Shown: positions 37,522 through 47,631 of the stretch, one piece after another | Layout: every line of letters starts with the position of its first letter | How positions within the stretch are numbered: the first letter of the stretch is position 1 | IMG/VR virus record: IMGVR_UViG_3300020392_000005 | Length of the DNA: 64,000 nt | Direction: 5' to 3' (one strand) | Source of the DNA: a virus | Notes under the pieces: generated by a model | Database searches by the model: none | What the model was told of the DNA's origin: nothing | The model's input: the letters and a program-made list of their open reading frames with translations, nothing else | Made by a program: the position numbers and the translations under genes

Positions 37522-39726
37522 CTAGTCTCTAGGACCCAAGTGGAAGAAGTTGGACTCTTGGTTAGAGTTCGCACCTTCTCCATAATAATCGTGTTGGTAT
37601 GTAGCAGAAGAACCACCATCATATCCAGTCCAATATAACTGACCTCTCTGGTTCAATGCAGCTGGCATTGAAGAGTTTCCAGATTGACCACCTATAAACA
37701 AGTCTGTCCATCTATGACCACCAGCAGGTTGGAATACAATTCTTTTTCTAACTCTAAAGTTCTCGTTGTCTTCCATAGCACCAGAGAAAGAGTTTCTTCC
37801 ACCGTTTGTCCATTGGTCATCATTTTGAGAAGTTCCACCAAGACCTTGGTCATCATTATTACCACCTCCCCAAATCTTGCCGTTGTCGTCAAGTATCATA
37901 GGTGAGTGATATTGATAATAAGGTGATGAACCTTGCATCCTATCTTGTCCTATATCACATACATTAACAGGCCATTTAGGTCCTTTAATGTGTATAAATG
38001 TTCCTGGCATTCCACCAGAGTGATAGTAGTAAGAGTTGGATTCAACTGATTGACCTCGGTTACCATATGTATGATGGTTACCATCGTGGTTCCATAACAT
38101 ACCTGTTGATTTCTGTCTAAACATAAACCATTTTTGTTCGTCACCACCACACCAGAAGTAGTCTACATCACCATTGTGAGCAAAACTCATCCGTCTCCAA
38201 GAACCTAAATATTGAGTTCCTGTATAACCTGGTGACCCGAAAGGTACTGAACCTGAAGTCGTGTAACCTGTGAACCACATATATCCTTCACCGTCTAGTA
38301 TGAAAGAAGCGTGGTGACCACCATTGTTCCAAGTGTGTTTTAATAATTTGATTCCACCGTATCTGTTAAAGTCAATACCTACTTTTGTTGGTTTCGTATA
38401 GTAGTAAGTTCCATTATAGTTACCTACACCAAGTTCACCGTGTTGGTTATGACCCCAAGCCCATAAGTGACCTGCTTCGTCTAATGCGTGAGTCCAAGCC
38501 TCTTCTGAACCTGACCAGTAAACATCAACAATCATACGACCATCAAAGTAAGATTGTGGTAATCTTACAGGTCTGGTTACATTACCAGAATAGAAGGCAG
38601 TATTTGTTGGTCCACCAGAAGTGTCCGTTGAGTTGTTAATTGATGGGTTACCTAAACCAAGTTGACCGTTGTTATTGTAACCCCATACCCATACTGAACC
38701 GTCATCACCTAACGCCCACACCGAAGATGTACCGTTATTTTTGTGCATATCAGACATACCAATTTTTATAATTTTAGTCTGATTGAAAGTTTTAGTTATG
38801 TTGTTACCTTGCCAGTCAGTAGTGTCATTTGCAGTTACCCTAACCGTGTATTGTCTATCAGTAGTTTCTGAATTTCCTAATCCGTAGTTACCATTTTCAC
38901 CAGAAGCATATACTTCACCATTATCCATTAACCAATATGTTCTATTGTAAGTACCAACTACTTGTATAATTCTAGGTGCTCTACCGTGATGAGTAGTCAT
39001 ACGACCTGTACCAGATAAGTTCCAAGTTCTATTATCAGTAGATTGCATCCAGTTTGTAAATGTGAAACCTGTTGACATAAATTTCGCAGTTTCAATATTA
39101 CCTGCAACACCATCACCTAAACCTGAACAAGATGTACTATCACCAGCACCGTACCACATATCAGAACCGTCTGAACATAATACGCAAGTTCTATAATTCA
39201 TAGAAGCGTCATCGCCGTGGTTACTTCCTAAGTTGTATCTCCAGCCTAACGGAGCTCTGTTTACGAAAGATACTACTTCGTTTCTAGTACACCATTTGTT
39301 TTCGTTTATGTAAATTAGTTCCCAATACTTTGATGGTTGTCCATCGTGTTCTTCTACCCAAGTGTTTTGATATCTAGTTCTTTTTAGACATAGATAAATT
39401 TTGTCAGCAACTTTAACCATTTCGCCTCTTTCATATTGTCTCCAATATTGCCAAGTTTCAATGTTATCGTTACCTGCAAGTAATAGTGTCCAGTATCTTT
39501 GATTATCTGGTCTATAACTTCTTTTAACAATTGTAGGTGCGTAATGCGTATAAGAAGATGTATTGGTCATTGATTCCGAAGATATAGTAAAGCTGTTTTC
39601 AGGTGTATCTTCAATACATCTGTACGACTTACCTCTCCAGTAAACTACATCATTTCTTTTGTAGCTTGTCATATCTTTCCAATTACCTCTCCAGGTAACT
39701 TTGAAATTTTTAATATCTAATGCCAT
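37522..39726 (-). CDS. RCC1-like beta-propeller virion/tail-fibre protein
   Basis: VWVWGYNNNGQLGLG, LWAWGHNQHGELGVG repeats; N-terminal WRGNW...Y..NDVV module. Confidence 0.75.
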   Translation of the reverse strand: MALDIKNFKVTWRGNWKDMTSYKRNDVVYWRGKSYRCIEDTPENSFTISSESMTNTSSYTHYAPTIVKRSYRPDNQRYWTLLLAGNDNIETWQYWRQYERGEMVKVADKIYLCLKRTRYQNTWVEEHDGQPSKYWELIYINENKWCTRNEVVSFVNRAPLGWRYNLGSNHGDDASMNYRTCVLCSDGSDMWYGAGDSTSCSGLGDGVAGNIETAKFMSTGFTFTNWMQSTDNRTWNLSGTGRMTTHHGRAPRIIQVVGTYNRTYWLMDNGEVYASGENGNYGLGNSETTDRQYTVRVTANDTTDWQGNNITKTFNQTKIIKIGMSDMHKNNGTSSVWALGDDGSVWVWGYNNNGQLGLGNPSINNSTDTSGGPTNTAFYSGNVTRPVRLPQSYFDGRMIVDVYWSGSEEAWTHALDEAGHLWAWGHNQHGELGVGNYNGTYYYTKPTKVGIDFNRYGGIKLLKHTWNNGGHHASFILDGEGYMWFTGYTTSGSVPFGSPGYTGTQYLGSWRRMSFAHNGDVDYFWCGGDEQKWFMFRQKSTGMLWNHDGNHHTYGNRGQSVESNSYYYHSGGMPGTFIHIKGPKWPVNVCDIGQDRMQGSSPYYQYHSPMILDDNGKIWGGGNNDDQGLGGTSQNDDQWTNGGRNSFSGAMEDNENFRVRKRIVFQPAGGHRWTDLFIGGQSGNSSMPAALNQRGQLYWTGYDGGSSATYQHDYYGEGANSNQESNFFHLGPRD

Positions 39727-39748
39727 ATCTTTTTCCTACTTTGTTAAA

Positions 39749-40138
39749 TTAGAATCCAAGATTACTTAAAAATGTAGCCTTGGCAGCCTTATGGTCAGCG
39801 ATTGCTGTTTTTGTTGCAGAAGTGTCATCTGCTACATCAGCAAGTAAGTCAACCATTGACTTGTCTTCCATAAATTTTCTGTCTAAATCTTCTAAGCCTT
39901 GTTTTACATAGCTAGAAGAAGCTTTTAATGACGCTTTTTCGTCAGCGTCTGAAACAACTGAAACACCGTAAACGCTATCGTTTTCGCCATCAGTCTTAAT
40001 AGTTGTATTGCCGTCATCAATTGAGAAGTAAGCTTTACCTTCTAGTTCTCCTAAACTGATTGGCGTATCACCTGTTGGCTGCACATAGTCGTCACCGTGA
40101 GGTACTCCAGCAGTCATTGAAAATATTACTTTTGCCAT
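39749..40138 (-). CDS. hypothetical protein (possible fibre chaperone)
   Basis: Lies between RCC1 proteins; TATAAATA at 40178-40185. Confidence 0.55.
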   Translation of the reverse strand: MAKVIFSMTAGVPHGDDYVQPTGDTPISLGELEGKAYFSIDDGNTTIKTDGENDSVYGVSVVSDADEKASLKASSSYVKQGLEDLDRKFMEDKSMVDLLADVADDTSATKTAIADHKAAKATFLSNLGF

Positions 40139-40185
40139 TGTTTTTTTCTCCGTTAGTTTATTAAATTACTTTCCTTATATTTATA

Positions 40186-43100
40186 TTATCTACCGATTCC
40201 GGCATTCCACATCATACTTCTTCCTGTACTTGAATAGGTCGCAGTAGCGTGGTGTCCCAAGTTATTATTATTTGAGTAACCCCAAAGTAATACTTGTCCG
40301 TCATCTGTTCCCACCATCATTTGCGGTGAGTAATAGTTTGATGAATTATCAGTACCTTTAGCGTACATAGTTCTAATTCTAGTTCCTGCAGGAATGTAAG
40401 TATGGAACGGTTTATAAGTTCCATCTTCACCAGTCCAGTTAGTTCCAGCAATCGGATTTGCAAGACCTCCGTAACCACTATAACCTTGACTAAAAAACTC
40501 TCCGTTATCTTGTAGCATATAAAGTCTTCCAACATCTCCAGAAGAACATACGATTGATACTTCTTTCAAATTGTTAATCTTGTCAACTTGTACAGGTGCT
40601 TGGTTTGTTCCAGTACCACCATCTCCTGATAGGTAATAACTTCCAGAATAACCAGCAGTCCAAGTTTGTCCATTTTTCAATCTCATAAATGTTGTGTGAT
40701 AACCATTCCAGTATAATGTCCAGAAGTCTACGATATCTTCGTTAGGCGTAGCAGTTGATTGTGTTAACTGATTTCTGTTTGTTGTAGAGTTATCTACAAA
40801 GTTACCATATCCGTTGTAACCAGTTGCCCAAATATATCCGTTACCATCTAATATTGAGAAGTTTGAGTTTGATGAGTGAGAATTACATTGCCATACAGCG
40901 ATACCACCGTTATCAGCAGCTGCAAATCCAGACATCTTAACAGGTCTGTATTTGTCAGTTGTAGTTGTATCACCTAATTGACCAACATTGTTTCTACCCC
41001 AACCGTAAATATTATCTTCACTTGTTCTTACATAGAAACTTGTACTATCACCACCTGAGCAAGTGATATCTACAATCTTCTCGTCATTAAACCATTCTCT
41101 AGGTATTCTCTTCGGACCGTATACATTTTGCGTTCTACCATCTCCAACTTCACCGTATCCGTTGTAACCCCATACCCATACATCACCATTGTCATCTAAT
41201 ATAGCAGGTGTGTGAGTACTATCTTCGTTACCGTGTTTCTGTGCTAGTTTAACAGCAAATACATCTTCAAGTCCAGCAGGCGATATTGCCATACCAGGTG
41301 AACCATCATAACCAGTTCCTTGTTGACCGTGTGAACCGTATCCTGTGTGGAATACTTGTCCGTTATCAAATAAAATTAGTTTGAAAGAGTAACCTTCTTC
41401 AATCTGTATACATCTAGGTGTTCTTTGTCTGTCGTATCTAGTCCACTTACCACTTCTTCTTTCTTCATAACCACCTTCGTTTCTGTTTTCAGAATTGTAG
41501 AAGTCTCTCCATCTAAATGTCATTTCTCTAAAGTAAGAAGATGAACGACCTTGTTCACCGTTTGATGAATCCGAACCGTGACCTAATGTCCATATTGAAC
41601 CATTTTTATCAATATAGCAGTTGTTTCTGTATACACAACCAAATTCAGAATTACCGTGTTTGTATGGCCAGTTCATTGGTCCTCTATTCGGGAACCAAAC
41701 ACCAGCACCTTGTTCTTGCGAGTTCATACCTGCAAACGATTCCCAGCAGTTGTGATACGATTGAATATGAGCAGGATAGTTCTTACCTGTTTCATTGTTT
41801 TGTTCGTGTTCACTTCTACCAGTTAATCTTCCAGAAGTAACCGTTGATTTCGTCATCATCGGTGACCTTGTTGGTTCTTGGAAACCGTATTGAGGTGGTC
41901 TACCTTTGTTATCTCTTAAACATCTGTATAAACCAGTACCCATAAAGTAATGTTTTTCACCAGTTGATATTCGTTTAAATTCTTTGTATGATACAATATC
42001 ATTGTAGTTGTAGTGTGTATTTGGAGAATACTCACCTCTAAATCTCATAGATGATTGTACTTTATCCCAATGTTTATGACCTCTCCAAGTTTTCTCAATT
42101 GTCCAACCTAATGAGTTATACATTCCTGTAGTTGCTCTATTAGATGTTGTAGGTTCTAAACAGAAAGGATAGATGATTGTATTTGTACTTCTCTCATAAT
42201 CGTTTTGAGCATAAGGTATTTCAATCTCAACCGTTCTACTTTCTTTGTTTGTAAAATTGTATCCACTTTCAAATCCAAGTGTTTTGCCATTAGGCATTTT
42301 CTTAGGAAAGTTTCTATTGTAATCTCTATCAGCATTGAAGAAACAATCAACATATGTGTTCTCATCTACTTGTCTATTATTTAAGTAGTATTTAACCCAA
42401 CCGTTCTTGCCGTAACCTCTCCACTTTTTGATATTTGTAGGTGCAAAAGTTCTTGCTTGATTGTTTGCCATATCATATGTTTCAACTGATTTAGAGTTGT
42501 ACATACCAGCGTGATTTTTACAATAGATGTAAAGTTTAGCAGTTGCTTTTCTAACATTGATTTTAGTATGAGCACCAGGATTACCAGGAGTACCTACATA
42601 AGTTACCCCAGCAGTTAGTTCACTACCACCGCCGTGTGTACCATCAGCAGTTGTTGAAAATGCTAAATTATGTGTTGCGTTAGTTGAGTGTGATTGGTCA
42701 AATAAGTAAGTTTTACCTTCTTCAAATTTAACTAGATTATCAGCAGCTTCAACACCGTCAACATAGTATTTGTTTCCACTACCTGGGTTTGCAACCGTAA
42801 TTTGGAAAGTTCTTTCTCTATTAGCAGTTTCGTCTGTCGTATCAGGTAGATATAAGTCTATTAATCCTTCGTTAGAAGTTGGATTAGCGCCAAGTGCTGT
42901 ATTTGATGAAGCACCTGTTTTGTCAACAGCAGTAAAGTTACCTGTGATACCATCAACACTTGTTGTTGTGGATTCAGCAACTAATTGATAAACTGGTTTA
43001 CCATTTACTAATAAGATTTTCTTACCAGCAGCTGCGTGTTCAGATGGAGCAGGAGTTCCTGCAGCCACGAAATTATCTCTTCCTTGCGTTATTACAGCAG

Positions 43101-44310
43101 ATATATTTGATGAAACTTTTAATGCACCTTGAATATAAACTGGTGCAACATTAGAAGTTTCTGTTGGATATTCAGCACTATCAGCAGAAGATATATAAAT
43201 TGTTCTTCTTGTATTTACTGAAGCACCTCCGCCAGCAGTACCTGCCCAAGCATTTGTAACCTGTAAGTATGTGTTATTACTATCGTCTGTTAGTAATGAA
43301 ACAACGGTATCTTTTAATTGATTACCAGATGAATCCAACATACCTTTTAATGATGGACTTGCGTCTGTTTCAAATCCTGGTACATCGCCTTGATTGAAAG
43401 TAATCTTTCTACTAGAACCAGCACCGCCTCTTCTTGTATCTTCAGCATTTGCAGCTGTTTCAGTTTTGTACATTGGGAAGAAGAAACCGTTATCGCCGTT
43501 TGACGCAGTTCCTTTAACATAGTAAGGACCAACTGGATCCTCTCCTAATGACTTACCTGTGTTATTCGTATTATGAATACCATCAGCAGTATAAGAGAAA
43601 CCTAGTGGGTAATACTTGTTGGAATCATTGTGTTGATGAAATCTGTATGTATGACCTTCTTTGAAAAACTCCCAGTTCTTGTAACCAGCAAATTGTCTAC
43701 CTTTCGTATTGTGTCCCATACGATTGTCAATTTTGAAATCTGGCACACCACCTGAAACTTGTACACTAACTACAAAGTTATTGTCAGTTGGTACATAGTG
43801 GTATCTGAAATAGTTTTGTTCAAAACCATTGAAGTTGTCCAATTCAGAATAGTCGTCTTCTGTTTGTTGGAACATTTCGTCATATTCTTCAAATAGGTGT
43901 CTTTGATGGCGAACAATTGAACCCATTGAAGCGTCTATTGTAGAGTGGTGAGCGTGTATTGCTTCGTGCTCTTGCGAGAAGTTAGTAGAGTGTCTAGTAA
44001 TAGGGTTACCATCGGCGTCTGTTCTTTGCTTCTCATCACCTCTTTCATTTTCAGTCCAGTATTGTGTGTAACCGAAAAAGTCTGTATTTGTGAAATTCGG
44101 GTCGTTCATCCAACCGTTCATTTCTTTAGGATTATATCCAAATATTTTTGTTCCTGGAGCAAACGCATTTGTACCATCAGGCATATATTCATTTGTAAGA
44201 ATCCACATAGCATTATTATGATAAACTATGTCGTCTCTTCTATATGACTGGTTCTTGTCGTATTCTCCTTGGAATTGTAATTTAATTCTTCCAAGATTTA
44301 TTTTTGCCAT
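40186..44310 (-). CDS. large tail-fibre/adhesin with cupredoxin-like domain and C-terminal RCC1 propeller
   Basis: YIYCKNHAGM; VWVWGYNGYGEVGDG, IYGWGRNNVGQLGD, IWATGYNGYGNF. Confidence 0.75.
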   Translation of the reverse strand: MAKINLGRIKLQFQGEYDKNQSYRRDDIVYHNNAMWILTNEYMPDGTNAFAPGTKIFGYNPKEMNGWMNDPNFTNTDFFGYTQYWTENERGDEKQRTDADGNPITRHSTNFSQEHEAIHAHHSTIDASMGSIVRHQRHLFEEYDEMFQQTEDDYSELDNFNGFEQNYFRYHYVPTDNNFVVSVQVSGGVPDFKIDNRMGHNTKGRQFAGYKNWEFFKEGHTYRFHQHNDSNKYYPLGFSYTADGIHNTNNTGKSLGEDPVGPYYVKGTASNGDNGFFFPMYKTETAANAEDTRRGGAGSSRKITFNQGDVPGFETDASPSLKGMLDSSGNQLKDTVVSLLTDDSNNTYLQVTNAWAGTAGGGASVNTRRTIYISSADSAEYPTETSNVAPVYIQGALKVSSNISAVITQGRDNFVAAGTPAPSEHAAAGKKILLVNGKPVYQLVAESTTTSVDGITGNFTAVDKTGASSNTALGANPTSNEGLIDLYLPDTTDETANRERTFQITVANPGSGNKYYVDGVEAADNLVKFEEGKTYLFDQSHSTNATHNLAFSTTADGTHGGGSELTAGVTYVGTPGNPGAHTKINVRKATAKLYIYCKNHAGMYNSKSVETYDMANNQARTFAPTNIKKWRGYGKNGWVKYYLNNRQVDENTYVDCFFNADRDYNRNFPKKMPNGKTLGFESGYNFTNKESRTVEIEIPYAQNDYERSTNTIIYPFCLEPTTSNRATTGMYNSLGWTIEKTWRGHKHWDKVQSSMRFRGEYSPNTHYNYNDIVSYKEFKRISTGEKHYFMGTGLYRCLRDNKGRPPQYGFQEPTRSPMMTKSTVTSGRLTGRSEHEQNNETGKNYPAHIQSYHNCWESFAGMNSQEQGAGVWFPNRGPMNWPYKHGNSEFGCVYRNNCYIDKNGSIWTLGHGSDSSNGEQGRSSSYFREMTFRWRDFYNSENRNEGGYEERRSGKWTRYDRQRTPRCIQIEEGYSFKLILFDNGQVFHTGYGSHGQQGTGYDGSPGMAISPAGLEDVFAVKLAQKHGNEDSTHTPAILDDNGDVWVWGYNGYGEVGDGRTQNVYGPKRIPREWFNDEKIVDITCSGGDSTSFYVRTSEDNIYGWGRNNVGQLGDTTTTDKYRPVKMSGFAAADNGGIAVWQCNSHSSNSNFSILDGNGYIWATGYNGYGNFVDNSTTNRNQLTQSTATPNEDIVDFWTLYWNGYHTTFMRLKNGQTWTAGYSGSYYLSGDGGTGTNQAPVQVDKINNLKEVSIVCSSGDVGRLYMLQDNGEFFSQGYSGYGGLANPIAGTNWTGEDGTYKPFHTYIPAGTRIRTMYAKGTDNSSNYYSPQMMVGTDDGQVLLWGYSNNNNLGHHATATYSSTGRSMMWNAGIGR

Positions 44311-44344
44311 TTTAGTTCCCTATCTTTGTTTAACTATTTATTAA

Positions 44345-47300
44345 TTATCCTAATACCGCAGGTTGGAATAATGATGAATAATCACTATCATTTTGTTGCT
44401 GTATGTAGCTTCCACCATATCCAACGATTAAGTATCTATTATCAAAAGTTTTTATTTCTCTAAAGTGATATCTGTTACCATCTTGCGAATAATAACCTCT
44501 ACCTCTTATATCTTCTACTCTTCCGTGTGCAAAGTTCGGCATACGAACCATTTGGAAGTAGTAATCATCTGTCTCTTCAATACCGTTGGAAGCGTTTCTA
44601 TCTCCAACATATTGAGTAGAATATCCTACTGAACAAGTTCCGTAGTTATTTCTACCTGCCATAAACACGAATCCGTCATATGTTAATAAGTGTACTGAAC
44701 AATGCCATTGGTTACCATATGCAGATTGACATCCAATATCTTTAATGTTCATAACATCTTGCGTTGTAGTTGATGTTGTACCTGTATTAACTTGCCATTT
44801 AGGCGATACAGCAGAAGATTGATTAGTTGTGTTACCAAGTCCTAATTCATATGCACCATTGTAACCAGCACATTTGATTTTACCTTCTTGGTCTTTAGTC
44901 CAGAAACTTGCGTATCTGCCGTTTCCAGTAAACCACATATTAGTTGCGTGTGAGTGAGTTCCACTTCCAGGTCCGTTACCTACCTGTGTAAATGTGTTAA
45001 CATCTGAAGTATTACCCATCATCGCCCAACCGTATTCGTTTCTTCCAGACCAGAATATCTTACCTTTTTCAGTTAAGATTGCAACTCTTTGATATGATTC
45101 CTGACTATCTACTAGTAATTTTTTAATCTTACCAGGATTAGAAGCACCATTGTCAAAGGTTACACCAGTTATTTCAGTTGGTACTGATAAGTTAGTTGTA
45201 TTACCTTGTGCTAAAACTCCGTATCCATTGTAACCCCAACTATAAAGTTTTCCGGTTACATCTAAAGCGAAACAGAAACCGTAGCTTCCGCCAGCAGTCC
45301 AGAAAGCGTCAATCTTATTACCATTGAAATATGAAGTCTTATTAATTTTTGTTGGTCTACTTAAATCAGAAGTGTTGTTTTGTCCTAATTGACCATAACC
45401 ATTGTAACCCCAAGCCCATAGTTCGCCATCTGTATCTAAACCATAGACGCTATGAGTATTAGTTCCGTTACCATTACCACCCCAATTAGTAATATAAATT
45501 CTTTTCATCCTTGTATCTTTTAATGTGTGTGTTGAAGTATTACTTGCTTGATATACTTCTTGGTATGTACCACCACATCTTACTGGATATCCTCTGTTTG
45601 AAGTAGCAGCGTCACCATTTTGTCCGTGACCTCCGTAACCCCAATGGTATATTTCACCATTATTAAATAGTGCCATACCTGTTTCATATCCAGATAATAG
45701 TTGAATTGCTTTTGGTGGTTCTCCGTCAGGAGTTGTATGAATACCAGAACCACCGTTATCTGTACTTCTATACCAATCGTTGAATGGGAATGTCATTCCT
45801 ACTCCAGTTAGTACAGAACCTTGGTTAATTCCGTTTTGACCATTTGAGTTTGAACCCCAACTTGTAATACCACCACGACCATTAATGAAACACGGCCAGT
45901 CAACACATTGACCTTGTTGGAATTGTCCAGGCAATCTGTATAGTGGGTGGTCATCTCCGATAGGACCACTTGTATTACATAGAGACATACACTCTAAACG
46001 GTTACCAGAAAATCTGTTTTGATAACCTCTAACTTTTTTAGCAGTTGAAGCAACATCAAAGGTTACATTAGCAGAAGAGTAGAATACTTGACCATCTATT
46101 CTTAATTGGTCATTAACAGCATTGTTCTCACCACCAAGTTTAGGACCTTCTTCGTGTCCTTCCCATCTGTTTGAATTTTCTCTATCTATTCCGTCTGTCA
46201 TTGAAGCTTTTTGGTCAGTCGCTAATTCTATTTGTAATGCACCCCAAGTACCGATACTATTAACTCTAAATGTAAAGTTAGGAGCACCACCGCCACCTAA
46301 ATCAGCGTCAGCGATTGTAATAACTTCGTTTTGTGCATATCCAAGACCACCCATTTGACCACCAAGATTTTTCTTGGTTACGGTTACAGAAGATACTGAA
46401 CCGTCTTCTTCTACGATTAAGTCAAAGGTTGCGTTTGAACCAGCACCTGAAGTTGCAGTTTGGGTTACATTTCTGTAAATACCAGGTTTTCTTAAATAGT
46501 GTGCGTTGCTAAAATTGTCAACCGTTTTAACTGATTGGTAACCTTCAACGGTTACATTGAACATAGGTGTATTGAATCCACCAGTTCTACCAGCATTTGA
46601 GTTCTCAGCAGCTGCGGTAACATTTGTACAATTTACATAAGGATAGAATCCTTGTTGTCTTGCAGGAGAAGCAGCAGAAATATTTGTGATTGTTTCAACA
46701 GCACCATTGTCTACAACTATCTCATCATCAAATTGCATTTCTTCTGATACTCTTTCCCAATACTTGTTTCCGTCTGTATCAGCTTCTTGGTCCCAAGGTA
46801 AGTATTTACTAGTACCGTCTGTCGTATGTTCTAGTATACAAATATAAGTTGCTCTTACTTTGTTGATTTGGTTTCCAGAATACTGATTGTTTGTTGAGAA
46901 GTCATTATCTAATTCTACATTTACTTTGACAATATCATTAGGATAGTATGTTAAGTATGAACCACTTTCATTTGTATTGTCGTGTAAACCTCTATACTTA
47001 AATGAGCTTCTTACTAGTTTCCAAACTGGTTGGTCGGCAACAACAATTTTAGGACCCCAATTTGCAGTAGGATTATCATATGAGAAGAGATATAATTCTT
47101 TAGGTGTTTCGTTAGTAATTTCTATTCTGATTTCTCTTTTAGTAGCGTTATTGTAAGTAGATGTATTAAAGTAATCACCACTTGCAGTACCACCACCAAC
47201 AGCCTTACCATCTAAAAAGTAGGTTACATCTTGGTGGTAAAGGTTAGTATTTTTGTTAGAGGCACTATTAGCGAAAGCAGGTTTGTTATCATCAAAATCG

Positions 47301-47605
47301 TTTCCGTCGTGTGATAAGATTAGTGTATCACCAATCATTACTTGCTCTTCTGCTAATGGCCAAGTTGCTTGACCGTCCCATTTGTAAGCGTCTGAACCTG
47401 TACTTGCAGATACAGCTTTCGTCAACCTTACATATCTTCTTTTGTTCTCTTTAGGAACATCATTTGTGGAATCTGTATTCTTAACGCAGATATAATCAGA
47501 ATTATTGTACATAACCACATCATCACGGATATAAGTTTCTGTACTCTTCCAATCACCTCTAAAATTAAAGAACAGATTTCCTATTTTAGTTTTAGTTGTT
47601 GCCAT
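44345..47605 (-). CDS. large tail-fibre/adhesin with C-terminal RCC1 propeller
   Basis: LWAWGYNGYGQLG, LYSWGYNGYGVLA repeats; N-terminal FRGDW module. Confidence 0.75.
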   Translation of the reverse strand: MATTKTKIGNLFFNFRGDWKSTETYIRDDVVMYNNSDYICVKNTDSTNDVPKENKRRYVRLTKAVSASTGSDAYKWDGQATWPLAEEQVMIGDTLILSHDGNDFDDNKPAFANSASNKNTNLYHQDVTYFLDGKAVGGGTASGDYFNTSTYNNATKREIRIEITNETPKELYLFSYDNPTANWGPKIVVADQPVWKLVRSSFKYRGLHDNTNESGSYLTYYPNDIVKVNVELDNDFSTNNQYSGNQINKVRATYICILEHTTDGTSKYLPWDQEADTDGNKYWERVSEEMQFDDEIVVDNGAVETITNISAASPARQQGFYPYVNCTNVTAAAENSNAGRTGGFNTPMFNVTVEGYQSVKTVDNFSNAHYLRKPGIYRNVTQTATSGAGSNATFDLIVEEDGSVSSVTVTKKNLGGQMGGLGYAQNEVITIADADLGGGGAPNFTFRVNSIGTWGALQIELATDQKASMTDGIDRENSNRWEGHEEGPKLGGENNAVNDQLRIDGQVFYSSANVTFDVASTAKKVRGYQNRFSGNRLECMSLCNTSGPIGDDHPLYRLPGQFQQGQCVDWPCFINGRGGITSWGSNSNGQNGINQGSVLTGVGMTFPFNDWYRSTDNGGSGIHTTPDGEPPKAIQLLSGYETGMALFNNGEIYHWGYGGHGQNGDAATSNRGYPVRCGGTYQEVYQASNTSTHTLKDTRMKRIYITNWGGNGNGTNTHSVYGLDTDGELWAWGYNGYGQLGQNNTSDLSRPTKINKTSYFNGNKIDAFWTAGGSYGFCFALDVTGKLYSWGYNGYGVLAQGNTTNLSVPTEITGVTFDNGASNPGKIKKLLVDSQESYQRVAILTEKGKIFWSGRNEYGWAMMGNTSDVNTFTQVGNGPGSGTHSHATNMWFTGNGRYASFWTKDQEGKIKCAGYNGAYELGLGNTTNQSSAVSPKWQVNTGTTSTTTQDVMNIKDIGCQSAYGNQWHCSVHLLTYDGFVFMAGRNNYGTCSVGYSTQYVGDRNASNGIEETDDYYFQMVRMPNFAHGRVEDIRGRGYYSQDGNRYHFREIKTFDNRYLIVGYGGSYIQQQNDSDYSSLFQPAVLG

Positions 47606-47631
47606 TGTTTTCTCTTCCTAATTTATACTAT

